DNA from: Arcobacteraceae bacterium
GTDB taxonomy: Bacteria > Campylobacterota > Campylobacteria > Campylobacterales > Arcobacteraceae
NCBI GenBank assembly: GCA_965224485.1
Contig: CBDCZH010000015.1
Span: 534,413-598,412, forward strand
DNA: 64,000 nt
Direction of reading: 5' to 3'
Shown here one piece after another: positions 40,728 to 49,580 of this stretch. Position 1 is the stretch's first letter, and every line of letters begins with the position of its first letter. The notes beneath the pieces were generated by a model, which worked only from the letters and a program-made list of their open reading frames with translations, was not told where the DNA came from and did not search any database. The translations under genes were made by a program, and so were the position numbers.

Positions 40728-40965
40728 GCTTTTGCTTATGAGAATGAATAATTAATAATGAATAGTGAATAATGTAAGAAAGAACCGTTCACGAAGTGAA
40801 CTCCTTAATTATTCATTATTAACTATTCAAAATGTTTTTTCTATTACGAACATTGTTTTATTACTTAATCTTAGTTATGTATAGTGTAAAAAAAACGTTC
40901 ACTTCGTGAACTCCTTAATTATTCATTATTCACTTTTCATTATTCATTTAAATCAGGCTGCGCCT
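40720..40965. repeat. Composite hairpin/heptamer repeat element between convergent lysE and sdaA
   Basis: TCTCATAAGC-TTTT-GCTTATGAGA; AATGAAT array; two 35-bp direct repeats (40786, 40896) CGTTCAC-[GAA/TTC]-GTGAACTCCTTAATTATTCATTATT; ATTCATT arrays; AGGC-TGC-GCCT. Confidence 0.85.
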
Positions 40966-40968
40966 AAT

Positions 40969-42351
40969 TTAACACTCCACTGCATTAACAGCAAGTCCTC
41001 CAAGTGAGGTTTCTTTGTACTTATTCATCATATCTTTTCCTGTTATAAACATTGTTTTTATTACAGAATCTAGTGATACAAAATGTTTCCCATCTCCATT
41101 AATTGCCATTCTTGCTGCATTTACTGCTTTCATTGAGGCCATTGCATTTCTTTCTATGCAAGGAATTTGTACATATCCTCCAATTGGGTCACAAGTAAGT
41201 CCTAAGTTGTGCTCCATACCAATTTCAGCTGCATTTTCAACCTTATCTACATCAGCTCCCATTAACTCAGCTAAAGCTCCAGCTGCCATAGAACAGGCAA
41301 CTCCAACTTCACCTTGGCAACCAACATCAGCTCCTGAGATTGAGGCATTTTTCTGATATAACATTCCAATAGCTCCTGCTGTTAACAAAAAACTATTAAT
41401 CTCTTCCATATCAAATTCTTCCAAATTTTTATTTAAAAATCTATTCATATAATGAATAACAGCAGGAATAATACCAGCAGCTCCATTTGTAGGAGCAGTG
41501 ACAACTCTTCCTCCACAGGCATTCTCTTCATTTACTGCTAAAGCATACAAATCAATCCAGTCCATAACTTCTAAAGGGTCAACCATAGAAAAGTTAGCCT
41601 TACATGAGAGTTTTTCATATAGTTTTTTTGCACGTCTTGGTACTTTTAGACGTCCAGGCATTAAACCTTCATTTTCACAGCCATTCTTAACAGATGCTTG
41701 CATAACTTCCCAAATTTCTTTAAGTTTTGCTTTAATTTCTTCTTCACTTCTTAAAACTTTTTCATTTTCCATAACAAGCTCTGAAATTTTTAAATTATTC
41801 TTTTTGCATAAAGAAATTAGCTCTTTTGATGAGTTAAAACTATAAGGAATAGAAGTTTCACTATTCTTTACTTCTTTATGTATTTCATCTTCACTTAAAA
41901 CAAAACCACCACCAATAGAATAATATGTTTTTTCTAGCAAAAAACCTTCTTTTTTAAAAGCTTTAAATTTAATAGCATTTGAGTGAAATTCTAAGAATTC
42001 AAGTTTTAAAATTAAGTCTTTTTCATAGTCAAAATCTATTTCAAAATTATCTAAAAGTTTTAATTTTTTATTTTTTTTTATATTAGACATTTCTATATTC
42101 ATAAAATCAGTATCAATATTTTGAGGTGTTTTTCCAGTAAATCCCAATAAAACAGCAACATCACTTGAATGTCCTAAACCAGTAGCTGCAAGCGAACCGT
42201 AAAGAGTTATTTCAAGTTTTTTTATTTTAGCTAAGAAATTTTTTTCTTTTAATAAAGAAACAAATTTATTTGCTATTATCATAGGTCCTACAGTATGAGA
42301 ACTAGAAGGCCCTATTCCTATTTTAAAAATATCAAAAATACTTGAGTTCAT
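40969..42351 (-). CDS. sdaA: L-serine ammonia-lyase (Fe-S dependent, single chain)
   Basis: IGIGPSSSHTVGPM, AVNEENA, TAPTNGAAG, GCQGEVG, EHNLGLTCDP, PCIERN, KYKETSLGGLA. Confidence 0.97.
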   Translation of the reverse strand: MNSSIFDIFKIGIGPSSSHTVGPMIIANKFVSLLKEKNFLAKIKKLEITLYGSLAATGLGHSSDVAVLLGFTGKTPQNIDTDFMNIEMSNIKKNKKLKLLDNFEIDFDYEKDLILKLEFLEFHSNAIKFKAFKKEGFLLEKTYYSIGGGFVLSEDEIHKEVKNSETSIPYSFNSSKELISLCKKNNLKISELVMENEKVLRSEEEIKAKLKEIWEVMQASVKNGCENEGLMPGRLKVPRRAKKLYEKLSCKANFSMVDPLEVMDWIDLYALAVNEENACGGRVVTAPTNGAAGIIPAVIHYMNRFLNKNLEEFDMEEINSFLLTAGAIGMLYQKNASISGADVGCQGEVGVACSMAAGALAELMGADVDKVENAAEIGMEHNLGLTCDPIGGYVQIPCIERNAMASMKAVNAARMAINGDGKHFVSLDSVIKTMFITGKDMMNKYKETSLGGLAVNAVEC

Positions 42352-42480
42352 AATATTATCCTTATAAATAATTATACCTATTATAATAGGAAAAAGAGGA
42401 AGAAAGTAGGCACAAAGATAAAAGTAAAAGAAAAACTAAGAAGTTTTACTTTAAACTTTTAAATTTACTTTATAATTTTG

Positions 42481-43227
42481 TTAGTGATCTAAAATTTGCT
42501 CTAAAAACTGTTGTAATCTTGGAGATTGAGGATTGTCAAAAAATTCATGAGGTTCATTTTCTTCAACTATTTGTCCTTCATCCATAAAAATAACTCTATC
42601 TGCTACTTTTTTAGCAAAACCCATTTCATGAGTTACACAAACCATAGTAATTCCTTCATCAGCAAGTTCTACCATAACATCTAAAACTTCTGAAACCATT
42701 TCAGGATCAAGGGCTGATGTAGGTTCATCAAATAACATTATTTCAGGATTTTTACATAAACACCTAGCAATTGCAACTCTTTGTTGCTGTCCACCAGATA
42801 ATTGATTTGGGTATTTATGTGCTTGGTCTGCAATTTTTACTCGCTCTAAAAAATGCATAGCAGTTTCTATTGCTTCTTTTCTTGGTTTTTTATATACCCA
42901 AGTTGGTGCTAAAATAAGATTTTCTAAAATTGAAAGATGTGGAAAAAGATTAAAATGTTGAAAAACCATTCCTACTTGAGATCTAATATGACGTACAACT
43001 TTAACATCATCTATTAAATCAGTTCCATTTATGAAAATTTTTCCTTCTTGAAAATGTTCAAGATGATTCATACATCGAATAGTAGTTGACTTACCAGAAC
43101 CAGAAGGTCCACAAATCACCAGTTTTTCACCTTTTTTAATATTTAGGTTTATGTCTTTTAAAACATGAAAATCACCATACCATTTATTAACGTCTTGCAT
43201 TTTGATCATATATTCTATTTCGCTCAT
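42481..43227 (-). CDS. aapP: General L-amino acid ABC transporter ATP-binding subunit
   Basis: [45 protein letters not shown]. Confidence 0.9.
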   Translation of the reverse strand: MSEIEYMIKMQDVNKWYGDFHVLKDINLNIKKGEKLVICGPSGSGKSTTIRCMNHLEHFQEGKIFINGTDLIDDVKVVRHIRSQVGMVFQHFNLFPHLSILENLILAPTWVYKKPRKEAIETAMHFLERVKIADQAHKYPNQLSGGQQQRVAIARCLCKNPEIMLFDEPTSALDPEMVSEVLDVMVELADEGITMVCVTHEMGFAKKVADRVIFMDEGQIVEENEPHEFFDNPQSPRLQQFLEQILDH

Positions 43228-43236
43228 AATATTTCC

Positions 43237-44319
43237 CTACTTATTTTCTGTATTAAATTTACGTTCAATTGATTTTGAATATTGAGACATTGAGAAACAT
43301 ATAACCCAATATATCATTGTTACAAAAACATAACCTTCAACTTCAAAACCTAACCAAGCGGTATCACTATTTGTAAGCGTTACCATTGCTAAGATATCAA
43401 ATAATCCAATAATTAAAATTAGTGTTGTATCTTTAAATAAGGCAATAAAAGATCCAACAATATTTGGAATAGATATTTTTAAAGCTTGTGGCAATATTAC
43501 TAAAAGCATTGCTTGCCAATAAGTTAATCCTAAAGAATTTGCAGCTTCATATTGACCTTTTGGAATGGCTTGTAATCCACCTCTTATTACTTCTGCTATA
43601 TAAGCACTTTGAAATAGTGTAATTCCTATTAAAGCACGTAAAAGTTTATCAAAGTCTATTCCTTCATGAAAAAACATTGGAAGAACAACTGAAGCCATAA
43701 ATAACAAAGTAATCAAAGGAACACCTCTAATAAACTCAATAAAACCTATACACAAAGTTCGAATAAGTGGCATTTGGGATTGCCTTCCTAGGGCTAAAAG
43801 AACACCTATTGGAAAAGAAGCAATAATACCAACAGCTGCAACTATAATGGTTAGCATTAAACCACCCCACTTATGTGTTTCAACATGTTCTAAACCAAAA
43901 ATCCCACCTGAAATTAAAAAGAAAGATACAACAGGATATATTAATAATAATACCAATCTAGATTTTGCTGATATATTCATTCTAAAAATAAATATAGAAA
44001 CAGCAAATAAAATAAGTACTAAATTTGGTCTCCAATGTTGTGATTCTGGATAAAAACCATACATAAACTGATTGAATTTCTCAATTATAAAAATCCAACG
44101 TGCACCATCTTTTGTTATCTCTTCTTTTGTTCCACTCCAAGTAGCATCAATAATCATCCAATCAATTAAAGGAGGAATACTTATATACATAAGATAAAAA
44201 CCAAGTAAACTTAAAATAGTATTTGAAACACTTGAAAAAAGTTTTTCTCTTATCCAATGAATTATTCCCTTACTAGAAGAAGGAGCTTTTCTTGTCTGTT
44301 TTAATTCATACGTTGCCAT
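43237..44319 (-). CDS. aapM: General L-amino acid ABC transporter permease
   Basis: WGGLMLT, EFIRGVPLI, AYIAEVIRGGLQAIPKGQYEAA. Confidence 0.88.
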   Translation of the reverse strand: MATYELKQTRKAPSSSKGIIHWIREKLFSSVSNTILSLLGFYLMYISIPPLIDWMIIDATWSGTKEEITKDGARWIFIIEKFNQFMYGFYPESQHWRPNLVLILFAVSIFIFRMNISAKSRLVLLLIYPVVSFFLISGGIFGLEHVETHKWGGLMLTIIVAAVGIIASFPIGVLLALGRQSQMPLIRTLCIGFIEFIRGVPLITLLFMASVVLPMFFHEGIDFDKLLRALIGITLFQSAYIAEVIRGGLQAIPKGQYEAANSLGLTYWQAMLLVILPQALKISIPNIVGSFIALFKDTTLILIIGLFDILAMVTLTNSDTAWLGFEVEGYVFVTMIYWVICFSMSQYSKSIERKFNTENK

Positions 44320-44322
44320 CTT

Positions 44323-45510
44323 TTATCTCTCCTTTATTTGGATTTTTGTATTTACCCAGTTAAGAGTAATAGATATAACTATTGAAAATGTTAAATAAAC
44401 AGCCATAGTCATTAATATAATCTCAATTGCCTGCCCTACTTGATTAAGTGCTGTTCCTGAGAAAAGAGTTACGATTTCTGGGTATCCAATAGCAGTTGCT
44501 AGGGATGAGTTTTTTACAAGATTTAAGTACTGATTTATAACAGGAGGAATAATAACTCTTAAAGCTTGAGGAAGAACTACTTTTTGTAAAATAATATGCT
44601 CTTTTAAACCTAAAGATTTAGCTGCTTCTTTTTGCCCAGTTGGCACTGACTGTATTCCAGCTCTTACAGCTTCAGCTATATATGTTGCTGTATAAATACT
44701 AAGAGCAAAAGCAAGGGCTAGGAGTTCTGGAATAATAGTAAAACCACCTTTAAAGTTAAAACCTTTTAATGCTGGATAATCTGCGCTTATTGGCTGTCCT
44801 GATACAAAATATACTAGAACTGGAGCTAAAATTAAAATAGCTAATGAAACTTTAAAAATTGGAAATTCTTCACCTGTTTCATTATGTCTTTTTTGGGACC
44901 ATTTAACTAAATAAATAACAGAAATAATAGCAATAATAAAAGAAATACCTATGAAAATTGCATTTGATTCTAAAATAGGTTTAGGAAGAATAAACCCTCT
45001 ATTATTTAAAAAAACTGTATCAAAATATACAAAAGATTGTTTAGGACTTGGAAGTGCGGCTAAAACAACATTGTACCAAAATAAAATTTGTAGCAAAATT
45101 GGAATATTTCTAAATATTTCAACATAAACCATACAAATTTTAGAAATTAGCCAATTTGAAGATAATCTACCAATTCCAACAGCTAAACCAATTATTGTTG
45201 TAAAAACAATAGCAATTACTGATACTAATAATGTATTTAAAACACCAACTGCAAAAACTCTACCATACGTTGAGCTTACATCATTATATTCAATTAGGTT
45301 TTGACTAACTCCAAAACCAGCTGCTTCATTTAAAAAAGAAAACCCTGTACTAATTCCTCTTTTTTCAACGTTCTCAAACATATTCCCTAAAAAATATGTA
45401 ACAGTAAGAACAACTAAAACTAATGTAAGAATTTGATATATAACTGCTCTATTTTCTGGATTATTAAAAAATCCCTTAGAAAAGAGAGAAGTTTTTCTAT
45501 TTTTTTCCAT
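44323..45510 (-). CDS. aapQ: General L-amino acid ABC transporter permease
   Basis: GFSFL...AGF, VEIFRNIP, AEAVRAGIQSV..GQ.EAA, KNSSLA.AIGYP. Confidence 0.88.
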   Translation of the reverse strand: MEKNRKTSLFSKGFFNNPENRAVIYQILTLVLVVLTVTYFLGNMFENVEKRGISTGFSFLNEAAGFGVSQNLIEYNDVSSTYGRVFAVGVLNTLLVSVIAIVFTTIIGLAVGIGRLSSNWLISKICMVYVEIFRNIPILLQILFWYNVVLAALPSPKQSFVYFDTVFLNNRGFILPKPILESNAIFIGISFIIAIISVIYLVKWSQKRHNETGEEFPIFKVSLAILILAPVLVYFVSGQPISADYPALKGFNFKGGFTIIPELLALAFALSIYTATYIAEAVRAGIQSVPTGQKEAAKSLGLKEHIILQKVVLPQALRVIIPPVINQYLNLVKNSSLATAIGYPEIVTLFSGTALNQVGQAIEIILMTMAVYLTFSIVISITLNWVNTKIQIKER

Positions 45511-45553
45511 TTTTTTTACCTTGAAAATATAATTTACATTTTAAAAGAAATAA

Positions 45554-45577
45554 AAAAAAGGGCCTAAGCCCTTTTTT
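45554..45577 (-). terminator. Hairpin with U-tract after aapJ
   Basis: AAAAAAGGGC-CTAA-GCCCTTTTTT. Confidence 0.75.
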
Positions 45578-45578
45578 A

Positions 45579-46595
45579 TTATCTAATTGGCATAGGGTAC
45601 ATTAAACCACCCTTGTTCCATAATTTATTAAATCCTCTTGGAATATTTAAAGGAGAATCCTTTCCTACATAAGCATCATAAGATTGACCATAATTTCCAA
45701 CTTGTTTTATAATTCTATATGCCCATTTATTATCAAGTTTTAAATGAACACCTGTTTTACCAGTTACTCCTAATAATCTTTGAATACCAGGATTTTTTGA
45801 TTTTAACATTTCATCAACATTTTGTTTTGTAACACCAGACTCTTCAGCTTGAATAGTTGCTATCATTGTCCATTTTACAATATTAAACCAGTTATCATCA
45901 CCTTGTCTAACAACAGGACCCAATGGTTCTTTTGAAATAATATCAGGTAAAATTACATAAGAAGAAGGATCAATTAACTTAGATCTAATTCCTGCTAATT
46001 GAGAAGCATCAGAAGTAATTGCATCACATCTACCTTTTTTAAATCCATCAGCAGTTTGTCCTGATGTATCATAAGTAACAGCTTTATATTCCATATTATT
46101 AGCTTTGAAATAATCAGTTAAGTTAAGTTCAGTGGTTGTACCCGCTTGAATACAAAAAGTTGCACCATCAAGTTCTTTAGCAGATTTAACACCAAGTTTT
46201 TTAGAAACTAAAAAACCTTGTCCATCATAATAATTAACGCCAGCAAAAGTTACACCTAAAGAGATATCTCTAGTTGCTGTCCAAGTAGAAGCTCTTGAGA
46301 GTAAATCAATTTCCCCAGAAGCAAGTGCTACGAATCTTTCTTTAGCTGTCATAGGAATATATTTAACTTTTGAAGAATCTCCTAAAACAGCAGCAGCTAC
46401 ACTTTTACAAAAGTCAACATCTAAACCTTTCCAAACACCTTTAGAATCAGCAGTAGAAAAACCTGGAATTCCAGTTGAAACCCCACAATTTAAAAAACCA
46501 TTCTTTTTTACATTATCTAATGTACCTGCACTTGAAACCGTAGAAGCTAAAGCAAGACTTGCAATAGCTGTAGAAACAATTTTTAACATTCTCAT
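45579..46595 (-). CDS. aapJ: General L-amino acid ABC transporter substrate-binding protein
   Basis: Signal peptide, LNCGV, YYDGQGF, GTTTELN, ISKEPLGP.VRQGD, QVGNYG, N.LW..GGL.Y..P.R. Confidence 0.92.
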   Translation of the reverse strand: MRMLKIVSTAIASLALASTVSSAGTLDNVKKNGFLNCGVSTGIPGFSTADSKGVWKGLDVDFCKSVAAAVLGDSSKVKYIPMTAKERFVALASGEIDLLSRASTWTATRDISLGVTFAGVNYYDGQGFLVSKKLGVKSAKELDGATFCIQAGTTTELNLTDYFKANNMEYKAVTYDTSGQTADGFKKGRCDAITSDASQLAGIRSKLIDPSSYVILPDIISKEPLGPVVRQGDDNWFNIVKWTMIATIQAEESGVTKQNVDEMLKSKNPGIQRLLGVTGKTGVHLKLDNKWAYRIIKQVGNYGQSYDAYVGKDSPLNIPRGFNKLWNKGGLMYPMPIR

Positions 46596-46661
46596 AATCT
46601 CTCCTTGTTAATTTTCTTAATTGATATAGTCATTATATATCTAAGAATAAATATAAAAGAT

Positions 46662-46692
46662 ATTTAACTGTATATTTTTTATACAGTTAAAT
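46662..46692. promoter_or_regulatory. Perfect 13-5-13 inverted repeat upstream of aapJ (candidate operator)
   Basis: ATTTAACTGTATA-TTTTT-TATACAGTTAAAT. Confidence 0.6.
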
Positions 46693-46835
46693 TTCACTTT
46701 TATTCTTGGATACTTAATCAAATCACTTCTAAAAGTATAGGGATTGAAAATAGCAATTTCATAGCAAGAGAGAATATGACATCAAATTGTTGTCTAAAAG
46801 TTTCATAAAAATGATATTAAAAAGTTATTTATTGT

Positions 46836-47195
46836 TCAAGAATTTATATCAATTTCCCAAAGCACGGAGACACCGTATTCTTCATCAAGAATAATGTATT
46901 TTTCATAAGTTACTTTTTTCTTGTAATTTTGAGTATAAAAGGTAACAATTAAATCTTCTTCTTGTAATAATGTCCTAATATCTTTATGCGTTAAGTATTT
47001 TCCATATCTTTTTAACGAATTTTGCCAAATTTTAAAAGAACAAGTTGAGTCTTTACTTAATTCATAAACTTCATTATCTTCACTATACCAAGAAGCATTA
47101 GAGCAAGCATATAATTCTACTTTTTTACCTTGTACTAGTTTTTTACGAACTTCAATACTTCCATCCTCGCAATAAGGGCATTTACCTAAAATCAA
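46836..47195 (-). CDS. Hypothetical zinc-ribbon protein resembling a stand-alone topoisomerase C-terminal repeat
   Basis: LGKCPYC...YACSN...CSFKIW...G..LT...I..LL pattern. Confidence 0.6.
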   Translation of the reverse strand: MILGKCPYCEDGSIEVRKKLVQGKKVELYACSNASWYSEDNEVYELSKDSTCSFKIWQNSLKRYGKYLTHKDIRTLLQEEDLIVTFYTQNYKKKVTYEKYIILDEEYGVSVLWEIDINS

Positions 47196-48337
47196 GAATA
47201 AGCCTTAAATTTACTTTTATTAATATAGACAAAAATAAGTACAGCTAGTTCAAGAAAAACAAACATATATATAGTTATATCCCAAGAAAAATTTTCATAT
47301 ATTAAAGAAGGGAAAAAAGAACCACAAGCCCCACCTAAATAGTAAAAAGTTAGATACATCCCAGAAGTTAAAGCTTTTTGAGACACTCTCATAGAATTAG
47401 CAAGTCCAGTACAAATGGTATGAACGATGAACATTCCTAAGCATAAGAAAAAAACTAGAATGAACATGACTATAAGTTTTTGGCTTAAAAATAAAAGAGT
47501 GCTTAGGGTAAATACTAAAATTCCAAATATTATAGTTCTTAACTCTTTTTTAAAAAAATCTTTTATTTTATGTATGTATAAGGCCACAACAATTCCTACT
47601 CCATAACCTAAATATAATAAACCAATCATAGATTCATCTGCTTGTGGAAAATTTTTCTTAATAATAAAGGGCAAAATATTTAAGATTCCTGCAAAAACAA
47701 AAAACGTAACAAACATTAGAGTATATATAATGACAAAACGTTTGTCTTTTAAAATATTTATAACATCAGTAAATTTTGCCTTAGTTAATTTTGCTTCACC
47801 TTCATAAGATAATTTATATATAAAAAATAGACCTAATAACATAGCAAAAGATAAGGAGAAAAAAACATATCTCCAAGAAAAAGAACTTGATATAAAACCA
47901 GATAATACTCTTCCTATTAAACCTCCAAAAACTGTTGAAGCTACATATATAGACATATTCCTTTTTATATTCTCTTTATTGCTAGCTAATACTGTCATAC
48001 AAGCTGTAATGATTGCAGGTATTACTAAAGCTTCTAAAATTCTTAAAAATAAAAACATTTCATAAGAGTTAGAAAAACCAAGGCAAATATTTGTAAAAAA
48101 TAATATACAAGAAGCTATAAGTAAAACTTTTTTTACATTAGCTGATTGTAAAATATAACCATAAATAATAGGTGCGATAGCTAAAAATAGCATTATTATT
48201 GCAGTAAAAGAAGAAGCTTTTGTTATTGATATATTAAATTCACTTGCAAGTAAGGGCTGTAAGGGCTGAGTAGCATACATGACTGAAAGCAAAACGGTGA
48301 TTGTATATATGATAATTAAGTATTCTTTTTTATTCAT
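47192..48337 (-). CDS. MFS transporter (YnfM-like)
   Basis: MYATQPLQP, GGLIGR, GMYLTFYYLGG; about 12 TMs; start placed at MNKKEY. Confidence 0.88.
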   Translation of the reverse strand: MNKKEYLIIIYTITVLLSVMYATQPLQPLLASEFNISITKASSFTAIIMLFLAIAPIIYGYILQSANVKKVLLIASCILFFTNICLGFSNSYEMFLFLRILEALVIPAIITACMTVLASNKENIKRNMSIYVASTVFGGLIGRVLSGFISSSFSWRYVFFSLSFAMLLGLFFIYKLSYEGEAKLTKAKFTDVINILKDKRFVIIYTLMFVTFFVFAGILNILPFIIKKNFPQADESMIGLLYLGYGVGIVVALYIHKIKDFFKKELRTIIFGILVFTLSTLLFLSQKLIVMFILVFFLCLGMFIVHTICTGLANSMRVSQKALTSGMYLTFYYLGGACGSFFPSLIYENFSWDITIYMFVFLELAVLIFVYINKSKFKAYS

Positions 48338-48444
48338 AACTTTATTATAACTAAAGTATAAAAGCAAATAAAAAAATGTCATTTTGCAATATTAAAAATG
48401 CAATTAATATGAAACTTTAATATAATTTTTATGTAAAATAACAC

Positions 48445-48472
48445 TTGACATTATTCTTTTTTATGTTATACT
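48445..48472 (+). promoter_or_regulatory. Sigma70 promoter of the TAXI-TRAP operon
   Basis: TTGACA-N16-TATACT with TG extension. Confidence 0.65.
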
Positions 48473-48527
48473 GTTTGACTGTGAAATTATATTTTCATAA
48501 TTAAAAAAACAAACTCGAGGAGATAAA

Positions 48528-49475
48528 ATGAAGAAATTAGCAACAATTGCTTTAGTTGGAGCACTTAGTATTCCTGCAATGGCAGCTGAATTTATTACAA
48601 TTGGAACTGGTGGGGTTACTGGGACTTATTATCCAACAGGTGGAGCAGTTTGTAGACTTGTAAATAAGTTAAAAAAAGAGACTGGTATCAGATGTTCAGT
48701 TGAATCAACTGGTGGTTCAGTTTATAATATTAATACTATTAAAAATGGTGAGCTTGATTTTGGAATTGCGCAATCAGATACAGTTTACCAAGCATCAAAT
48801 GGTACTGGTAAATTTGAAGGTAAACAAGTTTCAAAAATCAGATCAGTTATGGCTATTTACCCTGAGTTATTTACTCTTGTAACAAGAAGAGATGCAAATA
48901 TCAAAGGTATTATGGACATTAAAGGTAAAAGAATTAACTTAGGAAATCCAGGTTCAGGTAATGAATCAACTGCTTTAGCATTATTCAAAGCAACTGGAAT
49001 TAAAAAATCTGATTTAAAATTTGCAGGGGCTTTAAAAGCTGCTGAAATGCCAGATGCTCTAAGAGATAATAAAATTGATGGTTACTTCTATATGGTTGGA
49101 CATCCAACTGCAAATATTAAAGATGCATCTAACTCTGTTGATGTAAGAATTACTCCATTAACAGGAGCAGCTGTTGATAAACTTGTAAAAGATAATCCTT
49201 ATTTTGCACAAGCTGATGTTCCAGGTGGACTTTATAAAGGAAACCCAGAAGGCGTTCCTACTTTTGGTGTAAAAGCAGTATTAGTTACTAGTACAGATGT
49301 AAGTGATAAAGCAGTATATACTGTTATTAAATCTATCTTAGAAAACTTTGATAAGTTTAAAAAACTACACCCTGCATATAACAATATTACAAAAGAATCA
49401 TTACTTGATGGTTTATCAGCTCCATTACACGAAGGTGCTAAAAAATACTTTAAAGAAGCAGGTCTTCTTAAATAA
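48528..49475 (+). CDS. TAXI-family TRAP transporter solute-binding subunit
   Basis: ITIGTGGVTGTYYPTGG, ESTGGSVYN, GNPGSG, PLHEGAKKY. Confidence 0.95.
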   Translation: MKKLATIALVGALSIPAMAAEFITIGTGGVTGTYYPTGGAVCRLVNKLKKETGIRCSVESTGGSVYNINTIKNGELDFGIAQSDTVYQASNGTGKFEGKQVSKIRSVMAIYPELFTLVTRRDANIKGIMDIKGKRINLGNPGSGNESTALALFKATGIKKSDLKFAGALKAAEMPDALRDNKIDGYFYMVGHPTANIKDASNSVDVRITPLTGAAVDKLVKDNPYFAQADVPGGLYKGNPEGVPTFGVKAVLVTSTDVSDKAVYTVIKSILENFDKFKKLHPAYNNITKESLLDGLSAPLHEGAKKYFKEAGLLK

Positions 49476-49502
49476 ATTTCAAAGGCTTTGGCCTTTGAAA
49501 TT
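49475..49502 (+). terminator. Hairpin after the TAXI binding-protein gene
   Basis: AATTTCAAAGGC-TTTG-GCCTTTGAAATT. Confidence 0.65.
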
Positions 49503-49580
49503 ATTATAGTTCATTTAAGTTAAGTAAATTTTTTATTTACATGAACTATAGCTACAAATACAATACAAAAAGGTTACATA

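Noticed and set aside
40786..40930. Two 35-bp palindromic direct repeats as a mini CRISPR array
   Set aside because: Only two copies, 75-nt gap, repeat merges into heptamer arrays, no cas genes in the window
46662..46692. Inverted repeat as a LexA SOS box
   Set aside because: CTG-N13-CAG spacing does not fit CTG-N10-CAG and the target is not a repair gene
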